Assembly (NCBI RefSeq): GCF_963921235.1
Contig: NC_086097.1
Location: 17,856,001 to 17,920,000 of the forward strand
Direction: 5' to 3'
From: Mobula hypostoma
Taxonomy: Eukaryota
DNA: 64,000 nt
The notes under the pieces were generated by a model, which worked only from the letters and a program-made list of their open reading frames with translations, was not told the origin of the DNA and searched no databases. A program made the translations under genes and the position numbers. This document shows, in pieces, positions 1 to 11,081 of this stretch; position 1 is the stretch's first letter, and each line of letters opens with the position of its first letter.

Positions 1-1236
1 TAAGCCCTTTGTCCTCCTCTGCTGAACTCTGAATTTCTCCCAGTCCTCAGGTGAGCCACTTTCTCTGGCTAATTTGTATGCTACTTCTTTGGAATTGATA
101 CTATCCCTAATTTCTCTTGTCAGCCACGGGTGCACTACCTTCCTTGATTTATTCTTTTGCCAAACTGGGATGAACAATTGTTGTAGTTCATCCATGCAAC
201 CTTTAAATGCTTGCCATTGCATATCCACCGTCAATCCTTTAAGTGTCATTTGCCAGTCTATCTTAGCTAATTCACGTCTCATACCTTCAAAGTTACCCCT
301 CTTTAAGTTCAGAACCTTTGTTTCTGAATTAACTATGTCACTCTCCATATTAATGAAGAATTCCACCATATTATGGTCACTCTTATCCAAGGGGCCTCTC
401 ACGACAAGATCGCTAATTAACCCTTCCTCATTGCTCAAAACCCAGTCCAGAATAGCCTGCTCTCTAGTTGGTTCCTCGACATGTTGGTTCAAAAAACCAT
501 CCCGCATACATTCCAAGAAATCCTCTTCCTCAGCACCTTTACCAATTTGGTTCACCCAGTCTACATGTAGATTGAAGTCACCCATTATAACTGCTGTTCC
601 TTTATTGCACACATTTCTAATTTCCTGTTTAATACCATCTCCGACCTCACTACTACTGTTAGGTGGCCTGTACACAACTCCCACCAGCGTCTTCTGCCCC
701 TTAGTGTTACGCAGCTCTACCCATATTGATTCCACATCTTCCCGGCTTATGTCCTTCCTTTCTATTGCGTTAATCTCTTTTTTAACCAGCAACGCCACCC
801 CACCTCCCCTTCTTTCATGTCTATCCCTCCTGAATATTGAATATCCCTGAACGTTGAGCTCCCATCCCTGGTCACCCTGGAGCCATGTCTCTGTGATCCC
901 AACTATATCATAATCATTAATAACAATCTGCACTTTCATTTCATCCACCTTATTACGAATGCTCCTTGCATTGACACATAAAGCCTTCAGGCGCTCTTTT
1001 ACAACTCTCTTAGCCCTTGTACAATTACGTTGAAAAGTGGCCCTTTTTAATGCTTGCCCTGGATTTGTCGGCCTGCCACTTTTACTTTTCTCCTTTGTAC
1101 TTTTTGCTTCTTCGCTCACTTTACACCCCTCTGTCTCTCTGCACTGGTTCCCATCCCTCTGTTGTGAACTAACCTCCTCACGCCTAGCCTCTTTAATTTG
1201 ATTCCCACCCCGCAACCATTCTAGTTTAAAGTCACC
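1..1236 (-). CDS. CR1 ORF2 N-terminal part (linker plus APE endonuclease), open to the window edge
   Basis: Manual translation gives LCVNARSIRNK, GITETWL, RDR-GGGVA, VYRPP, MGDFN, LDWVL and SDH motifs. The frame opens after a TGA at 1237-1239; the first in-frame ATG is at 939. It is absent from the ORF track, probably because it has no stop inside the window. Confidence 0.88.
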
Positions 1237-2156
1237 TCAGTAGCCCCCGCTAATCTCCCTGCCAGGATATTGGTCCCCCTAGGATTCAAGTGTAACCCGT
1301 CCTTTTTGTACAGGTCACGCCTGCGCCAAAAGAGGTCCCAATGATCCAAAAACTTGAATCCCTGCCCCCTGCTCCAATCCCTCAGCCACGCATTTATCCT
1401 CCACCTCATCGCATTCCTACTCTCACTGTCGCGTGGCACAGGCAGTAATCCCGAGATTACTACCTTTGCGGTCCATTTTCTCAACTCCCTTCCTAGCTCC
1501 CTATATTCTCCTTTCAGGACCTCATCCCTTTTCCTACCTATGTCATTGGTACCTATATGTACCACGACCTCTGGCTCCTCACCCTCCCACTTCAGGATAT
1601 CTTGGACACGATCAGAAATATCCTGGACCCTGGCACCAGGGAGGCAAACTACCATCCGGGTCTCTGGACTGCGTCCACAAAATCGCCTATCTGACCCCCT
1701 TACTATCGAGTCCCCTATCACAACTGCCCTCCTCTTCCTTGCCCTACCCTTCTGAGCTACAGGGCCAGACTCTGTGCCGGAGGCACGGCCACTGTCGCTT
1801 CCCCCGGGTAAGCTGTCCCCCCCAACAGTACTCAAACAGGAGTACCTGTTGTTAAGGGGCACAGCCACCGGGGTACTCCCCATCACCTGACTTTTCCCCT
1901 TCCCCCTCCTAACCGTGACCCACTTGTCTGCCTCCCGTGGCCCCGGCGTGACCACCTGCCTTCCACTCCTCTCTATCACTTCCTCGCTCTCCCTGACCAG
2001 ACGAAGGTCATCGAGCTGCAGCTCCAGTTCCGTAACGCGGTCCCTTAGGAACTGCACCTCGATGCACTTGGCGCAGATGTAGACGTCCGGGAGGCTTGGA
2101 GACTCCAGGGCCTCCCACATCCGACACCGAGAACAGCAAACTGCCCTCACACTCAT
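1221..2156 (-). CDS. CR1 ORF1 protein (311 aa from ATG): zinc finger, leucine zipper and SGNH esterase
   Basis: CxxC-x16-CxxC (CSRC...CAKC), heptad Leu run, and SGNH blocks GDSIVRG, HIGTND and DGLHLN. Confidence 0.9.
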   Translation of the reverse strand: MSVRAVCCSRCRMWEALESPSLPDVYICAKCIEVQFLRDRVTELELQLDDLRLVRESEEVIERSGRQVVTPGPREADKWVTVRRGKGKSQVMGSTPVAVPLNNRYSCLSTVGGDSLPGGSDSGRASGTESGPVAQKGRARKRRAVVIGDSIVRGSDRRFCGRSPETRMVVCLPGARVQDISDRVQDILKWEGEEPEVVVHIGTNDIGRKRDEVLKGEYRELGRELRKWTAKVVISGLLPVPRDSESRNAMRWRINAWLRDWSRGQGFKFLDHWDLFWRRRDLYKKDGLHLNPRGTNILAGRLAGATEVTLN

Positions 2157-2319
2157 AATGCCCCTCTCCTCAAATAGCAACAGAAAATGAATGCCAAACC
2201 TTCCTCGCCTCGCCCGCTTCCGCCTAAGCCCGGTGAGCCGAAGCCCTTAAGTCTTCACTCTGCTCCCGGCTCACTCCGCCGCCCGCAAACTACGCTGCCC
2301 GCTCTATGAGGCTTTGTTT

Positions 2320-2557
2320 CTTTTAAATCTGCCGCGCTGCACTGCCCGATGTCACTCGCCTGCGCAGTCCCGCCTCTCAGAAAGCCGTTGGAGGAAAAAA
2401 AATAACGAAAATTTCAAAAATCTCTTTCTCGGCACTCCCACTCAGACTCTCAGACTCCTTCTTCGAATCAAACCCGAAGCAGGATGTCTGCCCTTTTAAA
2501 TCTGCCGCGCTGCACTGCCCGACGTCACACGCCTGCGCAGTCCCGCCTCTCAGAAAG
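2320..2557 (-). promoter_or_regulatory. Two 65-bp direct repeats in the CR1 5' UTR; putative internal promoter monomers
   Basis: 2320-2384 and 2493-2557 differ at 2 positions. On the minus strand each has GGCGGGA, TGCGCAGGCG, TGAC(G/A)TC and ATTTAAAA motifs. Confidence 0.6.
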
Positions 2558-3000
2558 AATATATCTAGGATATATTAAATAACAGGTGCATGGAAAGTGC
2601 ACAACTCAAAGAATGTCAAGCTCATAACCTATAAAACAACAGAAAATAAAATTTGAAAAAAGAAGACCTGCAAGGTTTTACATTTTATTTCTCTGTAACG
2701 CATTCAACAAAATTTTGTCCCAGGCTGCTTAAGGCAATAGCCTTCCCATTTTGCCACCAGGAATGTAGGTTCAATCTAAGATCTGGTGCTATTTATCTCT
2801 GTTCTTACTTTAAATCTATTATTCCCCAAAAGAGTAAATTCAGGCATAGCCTAACACTTTGGCAGTTTTCTTTAATTGTAATCCTCATAGTATGCACTGA
2901 TGACCCTACACCTACCATGCAGCATCACACAAGCAACTTAGTACGGGCAAAATCACTGAGGATCTGCAAGGGATTTAGAACATCTAAAAGTATATTTCAT

Positions 3001-3347
3001 GCAACACACACAAAAAGTGCTGGTGAACACAGCAGGCCAGGCAGCATCTATAGGAAGAGGTACAGTCGATGCTTTGGGCCAAGACCCTTCGTCAGGACTA
3101 ACTGAAAGAAGCGATAGTAAGAGATTTAAAGGTGGGAGTGGGAGGGGGAGATCCGAAATGACAGGAGAAGACAGGTGGAGGAGGGATGGAGCTAAGAGCT
3201 GGAAAGTTGATTGGCAAAAGGGATACGAGGCTGGAGAAGGGAGAGGATCATGAGACGGGAGGTCTAGGGAGAAAGAAAGGGGGAGGGGAGCCCAGAGGAT
3301 GGAGAGCAGGCAAGGAGTTATAGTGAGAGGGACAGAGGAAGAAAAGA
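3001..3347 (-). mobile_element. Penelope-like element pseudo-LTR fragment with decayed hammerhead (3063-3100)
   Basis: Homologous to the non-coding end of the GIY-YIG element at 15970-16350; the CUGACGA core is kept and GAAA is mutated. Confidence 0.8.
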
Positions 3348-3438
3348 AATTAGAACTTAGTGTTTTTGAAGATACAAGCTTATGGTGTATTAGAATGGTA
3401 TTCCTAAATATTCCATCCTATTGCTTGTATTTACTTAG

Positions 3439-3570
3439 ATATTGATGAGTGTAGTTTATATGCTGGCTCTCTATGTGGCATCTGGAAATGTGAGAATACT
3501 ATTGGTTCCTATCAATGCATTATGGGATGCCAGCCAGGATTCCAACGTACAGCTATTGGGGAATGCATTG
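3439..3570 (+). CDS. LTBP2: LTBP2-like internal exon, calcium-binding EGF domain (D)[43 protein letters not shown]
   Basis: ttacttag|AT acceptor and G|gtaag donor; 132 nt, phase 1-1, no stops. Six Cys plus DIDEC and ENTxGSY motifs. The CGxWKCEN and atypical C-x3-C (CIMGCQPGF) pattern match the LTBP2 EGF as I recall it ([23 protein letters not shown]). Confidence 0.88.
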
Positions 3571-3702
3571 GTAAGTACTCTTACAAGTAATTAGATGATG
3601 GATCCAGAACATTTTAATTATATAATGGTTTGTTAACTTAATAATTTTAACCCTTTAACCCTTTTGGTTGAAGAATATACCATTTGTTTGACCCAGTGAT
3701 TT

Positions 3703-3895
3703 CATAAGACCACAAGACATAGGAGCAAAATTTGGCCATTCAGGCACTGAGTTTGCTAGGCCATTCTATCGTGGCTTACTTATTATCCCTCTCAATCCCA
3801 TTTCCCTGCCTGCCCCCCCCCATAACCTTTGATACCCTTACTGATCAAGAATCTTAACATATCCCCCATGACTTCGCCTCCTATAGCAACTTGCC
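3703..3895 (-). mobile_element. CR1 3'-end fragment
   Basis: cataagaccacaagacataggagca tail and 3' UTR shared with other CR1 ends in the window. Confidence 0.65.
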
Positions 3896-6818
3896 TTCAA
3901 AGGACTACTTCTGAAACAGACTGTCTTCTCAACTTACTTTGCAGTTTCTTTAAAAGGAGTAATTATACATTGTTGATATCATTTAGTGTATACAAGTGTG
4001 CCATCTTGGTTCTTAAAAAAAATTGGATAAACTGTATGAGAATTGGTGGAATTAATCTGCAACCCTATGTAGTTAATATGCACAGTAAATCATTATTACC
4101 TAACTTTAACATGCTTCAGTACTGTAGAAAAGTATTCTAGTAGCTAGAATGCAAACAGCTCTTTCATTCTTGTTATTAAATGCTTACATTTAACAGATCA
4201 TGTTAATATTCATAATTTTATAACACTTAAAAAATTGTTCTTCCACCAATAGAATTTCACACTGGTGACTTGTGCATCATCCTTGAATAGAGCACTACAG
4301 CTTAGAAGCAGATCTATTGGCCCATCTAGTTTGTGTAAAACTGTTAATATAAATCATAGAACAGTACAGCCCTGGTTTAGATCATTCTTCTTCTAAATAA
4401 TTGACTTGTAGTAGATCTGCCTCCTTTATCCAATCTTTTCTAATGAAATGTGATATTGTTGATGTTTGGCATTTTTTGCATCCAACAGATAAAGAGTACT
4501 CAATTTTTTCTCATGTTCATTGTACGTATTCCAGGATTGATTATTTTTTTGTTGATAGCTAATTGTTTCCATTAGTTCGATCCTGTGAATTTAAAGAAAT
4601 TGCTGTTTCAGATCATGCTGCTGTGTTTTTATCTTTAAATCATCCGGGTATCTCCCAAATAAACAGATTCTCGTGTTTTAATCCAACTTTGTTATCAGAT
4701 AAAGATTTTTAAAAATTTTTGGAGGGACAAATTATTTTTTTTGAAGAGAATACACTAGAAGAGATGTCTAGTCTTATTTTATGGGATGCTTTTAAGGCTT
4801 ATATTAGAGGTCAAATTATTTCTTTTACTGCAAGTGATAAGAAAAAAGCTAATAAGGAGAGAATTGAATTAGCCAATCAGTTGAAACAATTAGACCAAAA
4901 ATATGCTTTGGCTCCAGATACTGTTTTATATAAAAGATGTGTTGAAATTAAAACCAAATAAAATCTGCTCTTATCCAATTGAAATGCAACTTTTAAAAGA
5001 TAAAAGTCAGTTTTATGTTCCTGGAGATGAAAAGGATAAACTTTTAGCTAACCAATTAAAGACCTTTATAGTTAAATGTCAAAATAAAGCTAATGGTGAT
5101 AAAACATCTGATCATTTAGAAATAAACGATGCTTTTAGAGAATTCTACTCTAAACTTTATAGTTCTGATCCTCCTAAAGATAATACTCTAATGAATAATT
5201 TTTTAGATCGATTAAACATTCCTACACTTTCTGATGATACTCAAAAGTTGTTGGATCAACCTATGATCCTATGAGGAAATTGCCAAGATTGTTCATACTT
5301 TGCACTCAGAGAAGGCTCCAGGTCCTGGTGGATGGAGAGTTTTATAAGGTTTTTTCCTTTTTGCTTATACCTTGTTTATATTCAGTCCTTTCTGACTCCT
5401 TTAAATTAAGTAAGTTGCCACAATCTTTTTGTGAAGCCTCTAATTTCGCTTATTCTTAAAAAGAATAAGGACCCAATTGAAAGCTCTTCTTATAGACCTA
5501 TTTCCTTACTAAATGTTGATACTAAAATTTTATCTAAACTTTTGGCTCATAGGTTTGAAAATATTTTGCCATCTATTATCTCTGATGATCAGACTGGATT
5601 TATCAAAAATCGATACTCCCACTTTAATATTCATCCTTTATTGAATGTTATTTATTTTCTTTCTCAAGAGATTTCAGAATGTGTGATATCGTTAGATGCT
5701 GAGAAAGCCTTTGATCGGGTTGAATGGAATTATTTATTTAAAACTTCAGAAAAATTTAACTTTGGGCCCGATTTTGTTCAATAGATTAAATTACTTATCT
5801 CCCTCCGCTCAGATTCTTACTAACTGTCAGTACTCTAAACCATTTAAACTTTATCATGGAACTGGACAAGGTTGTCCTTTGATTCCTTTGCTTTTTGATT
5901 TGGTCTTAGAACCGTTAGCTATTGCTTTCCGGGAATCTAATGATATTACTGGTATATTAAGGGGGGGTATTACCCACAAAGTTTTGCTTTATGCTGATGA
6001 CCTTTTGCTCTACATTTCTTATGTGGAGTCTTCTTGGTCTTTACTTTCTCTACTTTCCTGCTTTAGTCAGTTTTCTGGATATAAACTTAACTTCCACAAA
6101 AGTGAACTTTTTCCTTTGAATAATTTGGTATTAGTTAATACTAACCTTTCTTTTGAGATTGTAAGAAATCAATTTACTTATTTGGGCGTCACAATTACTA
6201 GGAATTATAAATTCCTTTTTAAAGAAAATTTTTTACACTTCTGAATTATGTTAAGAAGGCACTTTCAAATTGGTCATCCCTCTCTTTATCGTTGATTGGC
6301 CAAATCAATTCCATTAAATTGAATATTTTGCCTAAATTTTTGTATTTATTTCAGGCCATACCTATTTTTATTCCTAAATCCTATTTGATTCTTTGGATTC
6401 TGTTATATCTTCTTACATATGGAAAAGTAAAATTTCTCAATTAAATAAAATTCCTCTTCAAAAAGCTGAAAAGAATGGAGGTTTAGCCTTACCCAATTTT
6501 AGGTTTTATTACTGGGCAGTCAATATACAGTATCTTACGTTTTGCTTATAATAATTGAGAGGACTGTCCGGTTTTTTTAGAAGCTAACTCTGTTAATAAA
6601 TTCTCTATCATTTCTCTTCTTGGATCCTCAATTCCTTTACCTTTAAGTAATTTAACTGATAATTTTGTAGCTAAACACACTTTGAGGATTTTGGTACAAT
6701 TTAGAAAATATTTTGGTTTATTGAGTTTTTCACTTTCCAGTCCCATTTTTTCTAACTTTTTTTTTAAACCTATATTTTTATGTCCTATGTAGTTTTTAAT
6801 GAGTGGAATAGATTGGGT

Positions 6819-7073
6819 TGTGGCAGCTCGCCCACACGGCAAGCAAACCGGCTCCAGCAGTCGCGGGCGAGTCCGCAGCCAGTGGCAACCGAGAGGGCTC
6901 TGAGTGCGGGGCAGACCTCGGCCTGGAAGCCGACGTCACTTCTGCCCCGCAAAGAGCGGGGGATGCTGGGAGCGGGCACTTAAGTGCGCGCAAATTTAAA
7001 CAGTAAACAGTTCAACCAGATCCTGCTCGACTCAATATGTTGCTTTCACTCATTGCATATCAGCACGACTACA
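6819..7073 (+). repeat. 5' LTR
   Basis: TGTGG...CTACA; direct repeat of 10827-11081 with 24 substitutions by hand count and no indels. Confidence 0.95.
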
Positions 7074-7074
7074 T

Positions 7075-7086
7075 TGGTGACCCCGA
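7075..7086 (+). promoter_or_regulatory. Primer-binding site complementary to the tRNA-Trp 3' end
   Basis: TGGTGACCCCGA, 1 nt after the 5' LTR. Confidence 0.85.
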
Positions 7087-7111
7087 TGGTCCAACGGCAT
7101 TTGGACCCAGC

Positions 7112-7799
7112 ATGAACAACTTGGCTCTGCAGAACGCAGTTTCCCTTAAACTGCCAACCTTCCGGACCACTCAACCCCTGGTCAGGTTCAAGCAAGCAGA
7201 GGCCCAGTTCCAGATCAGGCAAATTGTCTCAGACGCCACCAAGTATTACTACATGGTGTGCGCCCTCGACCAGGAGACAGCAGGCCGCATTACCGACTTT
7301 CTGCATCAGCCTCCGGCAACAGACAGGTACAAGGCACTCCAGGCCCTGTTAATCCGCACATTTGGCCTCTCCCGCTGCACGGTTACTGCATATGGACGGC
7401 CTGGGTGACCGCGTGCCATCAGCCCTGATGAGCGACATGCTAGCGCTGGCAGACGGCCATAAGTCTTGCTTGTTTTTTGAACAGATCTTCTTGGAGCAAA
7501 TGCCACAAGACATCCGCCTCCTGCTAGCAGATGAAGACTTCAGAGACCCGTGCAGGGTGGCTGCCTGCGCGGACGTGCTTTGGCGTGCCAAACAAAATGG
7601 CGGAACCACCATCGAAATTAGTGCTGCAGCACGGTCGAAAGCCCAGCCCTCCCACACCCCAGCAGCAGTAACACTCACACCAAGGGACGGCACTGCTTCT
7701 GAGTCTTGGTGTTTTTATCATCAAAAGTGGGGTTCCGGGGCCCGCCACTGCCGACCGCCATGCTCGTTCCAGGGAAACGCCAGGGTCAGCCGTCGCTGA
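7112..7799 (+). pseudogene. Gypsy gag (one frameshift near 7370)
   Basis: AVSLKLPTF...FKQAEAQF N-terminus and CFYHQKWGSGARHCRPPC motif; ORFs 7037..7408 and 7362..7799. Confidence 0.85.
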
Positions 7800-10700
7800 T
7801 GGCTACGGCGTCTGGTCACCGTGATAGCCTCCTCTATGTTTGGGACAAGCACTTCGGGCGTAGATTCCTGGTGGGCAGAGGGGTGGAAATCAGTGTCCTA
7901 CCCCCCTCTAGCCATGATACCTGAGCTAGAAGAACAGTACCGGAACTTACGGCAGCCAACAGCAGCACCATCTGCACCTACAGCACAAGAACCATCCCCT
8001 TGAAGTTCGGTTCCATCTGCTTTACATGGACATTTACGCTGGCTGCAGTATCACAGCCATTTCTGGGTGCGGACTTCCTCCGCGTGCACTGCCTGCTCGT
8101 GGATTTGAAGGGACGACGATTGGTCGATGTGAAGACGTTCCAGACTTTCTCCCTCGGTGAGGCCAGGTTACCGGCCCCACACCTGGACTCCGTCACTTAT
8201 TCCGACAACGAGTTCGCCAGAGTGTTATTGGAGTTCCCATCTATCATCACGCCGCAGTTTTCCTCAACAGACCCCAAACACGGTTTGATGCACCACATCC
8301 CCACACAGGGACCTCCCCTTCATGCCCAGGCCCGCAGGCATCCGCCCGACAAGCTCCACCTCGCAAAGGAGGAATTCAAGAAGATGGAGGAGATGGGGAT
8401 TGTGCGGCGTTCCAACAGCCCGTGGGCCTCCCCACTCCGTATGGTGCCCAAGTCCGAGGGAGGGTGGAGACCGTGCGGCGACTATAGGAGGCTGAACGAC
8501 GCCAGCACGTCCGATCGCTATCTAGTACCACACATCCAGGACTTTACAGCCAACTTGCACGGGGCACACATCTTTTCGAAGATTGACCTGGTACGAGGGT
8601 ATCATCAGATCCCAGTCCACCCAGACGATGTACCCAAGACGGCCCTCATTACCTCCTTTGGCCTGTTCGAGTTCCTCAGGATGCTGTTCAGGCTCAAAAA
8701 CGAAGTGATGACGTTCCAGCGCCAGATGGACGCAGTAGGGCGAGATCTGGGCTTTCTGTTCATCTACCTGGATGACATACTTATCGCCAGCCACTCCCAC
8801 CAGGAACATATAGCACATTTATACCTGCTCTGCTGCTGCCTAAGCAACAACGGTCTGGCTATCAACCCCACCAAGTGCCAGTTCGGCCTACCTGCCATCG
8901 ACTTCTTGGGACACTGGGTTGACTACCATGGAGCTGTGCCCCTGCCAGCAAAAGTTGAAGCCATCTGCCAATTTGCCAGACCCAGTGCTGTTAAAGGCCT
9001 GCAGGAATTTGTTGGGATGGTTAACTTTCACCATCGTTTCCTGCCGTCAGTGGCCCAGATCATGCGGCCCCTTTTCGGCTTGATGTCCGGCAAGGTCAAA
9101 GAGGTCACCTGGACAGAGGAGGCGACGTCGGCTTTTGAACAAGCCAAGAACATACTAGCAAATGCCACGCTCCTGGTCCACCCCTGGGTCGACATCCCCA
9201 CTGCCCACACCGTGGATGCCTCCGACGCGGCAGTTGGCGGCGTGCTCGAGCAGCTCATCGAAGGCCAGTGGAAACTGCTCGCTTTTTTCAGCCAGCACCT
9301 ACGACCCCTGGAACTTAAGTACAGCGCTTTTGACAGGGAGCTGCTGGCCCTGTACCTTGCCATCTAGCACTTCAGGTAGTTCCTGGAAGGGAAGGAGTTC
9401 ACGGTCTTCACAGACCACAAGCCCCTCACTTTCACGTTTGCCAAAGTGCCGGACCCATGGTCAGGCCGCCAACAATGCCACCTGTCGTACATCTCAGAGC
9501 TTACCACCACGATCAAGCACATCTCCAGGAAGAACTACGTGGTGGCCGTCACGCTGTCACACACCTCTGTCCAATCAGTGCACTCTCTGTCTCCGGGGGT
9601 GGATTATGCAGCATTAGCTAAGGCGCAACGACTGGACAGCGAGATGCCGGCGTACCGAACCGCAGTCTCAGGACTCCACCTCGAAGACATACCCATTGGG
9701 CCTGAAGGTAATGAGCTCCTTTGCGACGTGTCCACCGGGCAACCTCAGCCCATTGTCCCGACTGCTTGGGGGCGCCGGGTTTTCGACAGCTTGCACAGTT
9801 TAGCCCACCCTTCCATCCGGGTGACCATCCGGCTGATTGCAGACAGGTTTGTGTGGCACGACCTACACAAGCAGGTCGGGCACTGGGCCAGGACATGCAC
9901 GCACTGCAACCCTTCCAGCTGACACATAGGAGGTTTGAACATGTCCATGTGGACATCGTCAGCCCACTGCCGGTTTTGAGAGGAGCGAGATACCTGTTCA
10001 CCATGGTGGACAGGTTCACGAGGTGGCTGGAAGCTATCCCACTCGCTGACACGTCCACGGAGACATGTGCCAGAGCCCTGATTACCACCTGGGTGGCACG
10101 GTTCAGACTCCCAGCCCACGTCACTTCAGATAGGGGTGTGCAGTTCACATCGGCTTTGTGGTCTGCACTGGCACAACTCCTCAGAACCCAGCTCCACCGA
10201 ACGACTGCTTACCACCTGCAGTCCCCAATGGCCAGGCGGAACGTTTCCACAGGCACTTGAAGTCAGCCCTGATGGCATGCCTCCGAGGGCCAGACTGGGT
10301 TGACGAACTCCCCTGGGTGCTGCTTGGCATCCGCACGGCACCCAAGGAGGACCTGGCCACATCATCGGCTGAACTTGTTTACGGTGCCCCGCTCACAGTT
10401 CCTGGTGAGTTATCCCAGCACCCCGTGGCCAAAAGGACACACCTACGGCGGTCCTAACTAAACTCTGGGAGCGACTTGAAACACTTGCCCCAGTCTCGAC
10501 GTCCCATCACAGAACAGCACCCTCTTTCATGCCCAAGGACCTACAACAGAGCAAGTATGTTTTTGTTCGCTGAAGCGCACACAGACCACCCCTGCAGCGA
10601 CCATACAAAGGACGGTGCGCCATAATGGGACGACCTGCGTTCTCCACATCGGCGGCCATGAAGAGACTTTTACCATTGGCCATCTCAAACAGGCACATCT

Positions 10701-10826
10701 AGACCTTGAACGCCCGGTTGCGGTGCCACCCCCACGACGACAAGGCCGGCCACCTAAAAGAACTGACAGTGTGCAGGCTGTGGACTCTGCACCTCCTAGC
10801 GCTGGTTCTGGGTGGGGGGGGGGTCA
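7772..10826 (+). pseudogene. Gypsy pol (protease, RT, RNase H, integrase), disrupted
   Basis: FLVGRGVEIS (decayed protease DTGA motif), WASPL, DYRRLN, YLDD, DASD, RELLA, HHCC zinc finger, integrase core (HVDIV, SDRGVQF, NGQAERFH); multiple stops and frameshifts. Confidence 0.92.
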
Positions 10827-11081
10827 TGTGGCAGCTCGCCCACGCGGCAAGCAAACCGTCTCCAGCAGTCGCGGGCGAGTCCACAGCCAGCGGCAACTGA
10901 GAAGGCTCTGAGTGCGGGGCAGACTTCGGCCCAGAAGCCAACGTCACTTCCGCCCCGCAAAGAGCAGGGGATGCTGGGAGCGGGCATTTAAGCACGCGCG
11001 GATTTAAACAGTAAACAGTTCAACCAGACCCTGCTTGACTCAGTGTGTTGCTTTCACTTATTGCATATCAGCGCGTCTACA
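10827..11081 (+). repeat. 3' LTR
   Basis: Preceded by a G-rich polypurine tract at 10810-10823 and followed by the TSD GGGT. Confidence 0.95.

Larger units (their letters stand above)
1..2557 (-). mobile_element. Young 5'-complete CR1 LINE (family A); continues beyond the window start
   Basis: CpG-rich 5' UTR, uninterrupted ORF1 and open ORF2 5' part. Positions 1-328 differ by about 1 nt from the copy at 49137-49464. Confidence 0.93.
6819..11081 (+). mobile_element. Complete, decayed Ty3/Gypsy LTR retrotransposon, CsRN1/Kabuki-like clade, 4263 bp
   Basis: Two 255-bp TG...CA LTRs, 4-bp TSD GGGT (6815-6818 and 11082-11085), tRNA-Trp PBS, PPT, domain order gag-PR-RT-RH-IN, and a gag C-x2-H-x9-C-x3-C motif. 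Confidence 0.95.

Noticed and set aside
74..850. 258-aa plus-strand ORF (and the similar ORF at 49210..49476)
   Set aside because: Antisense shadow of CR1 ORF2, with no independent protein motifs.
8000..9367. 455-aa RT/RNase H ORF as an active or domesticated gene
   Set aside because: It is flanked by stops and frameshifts, the protease motif is decayed, and the LTRs are about 9% diverged.
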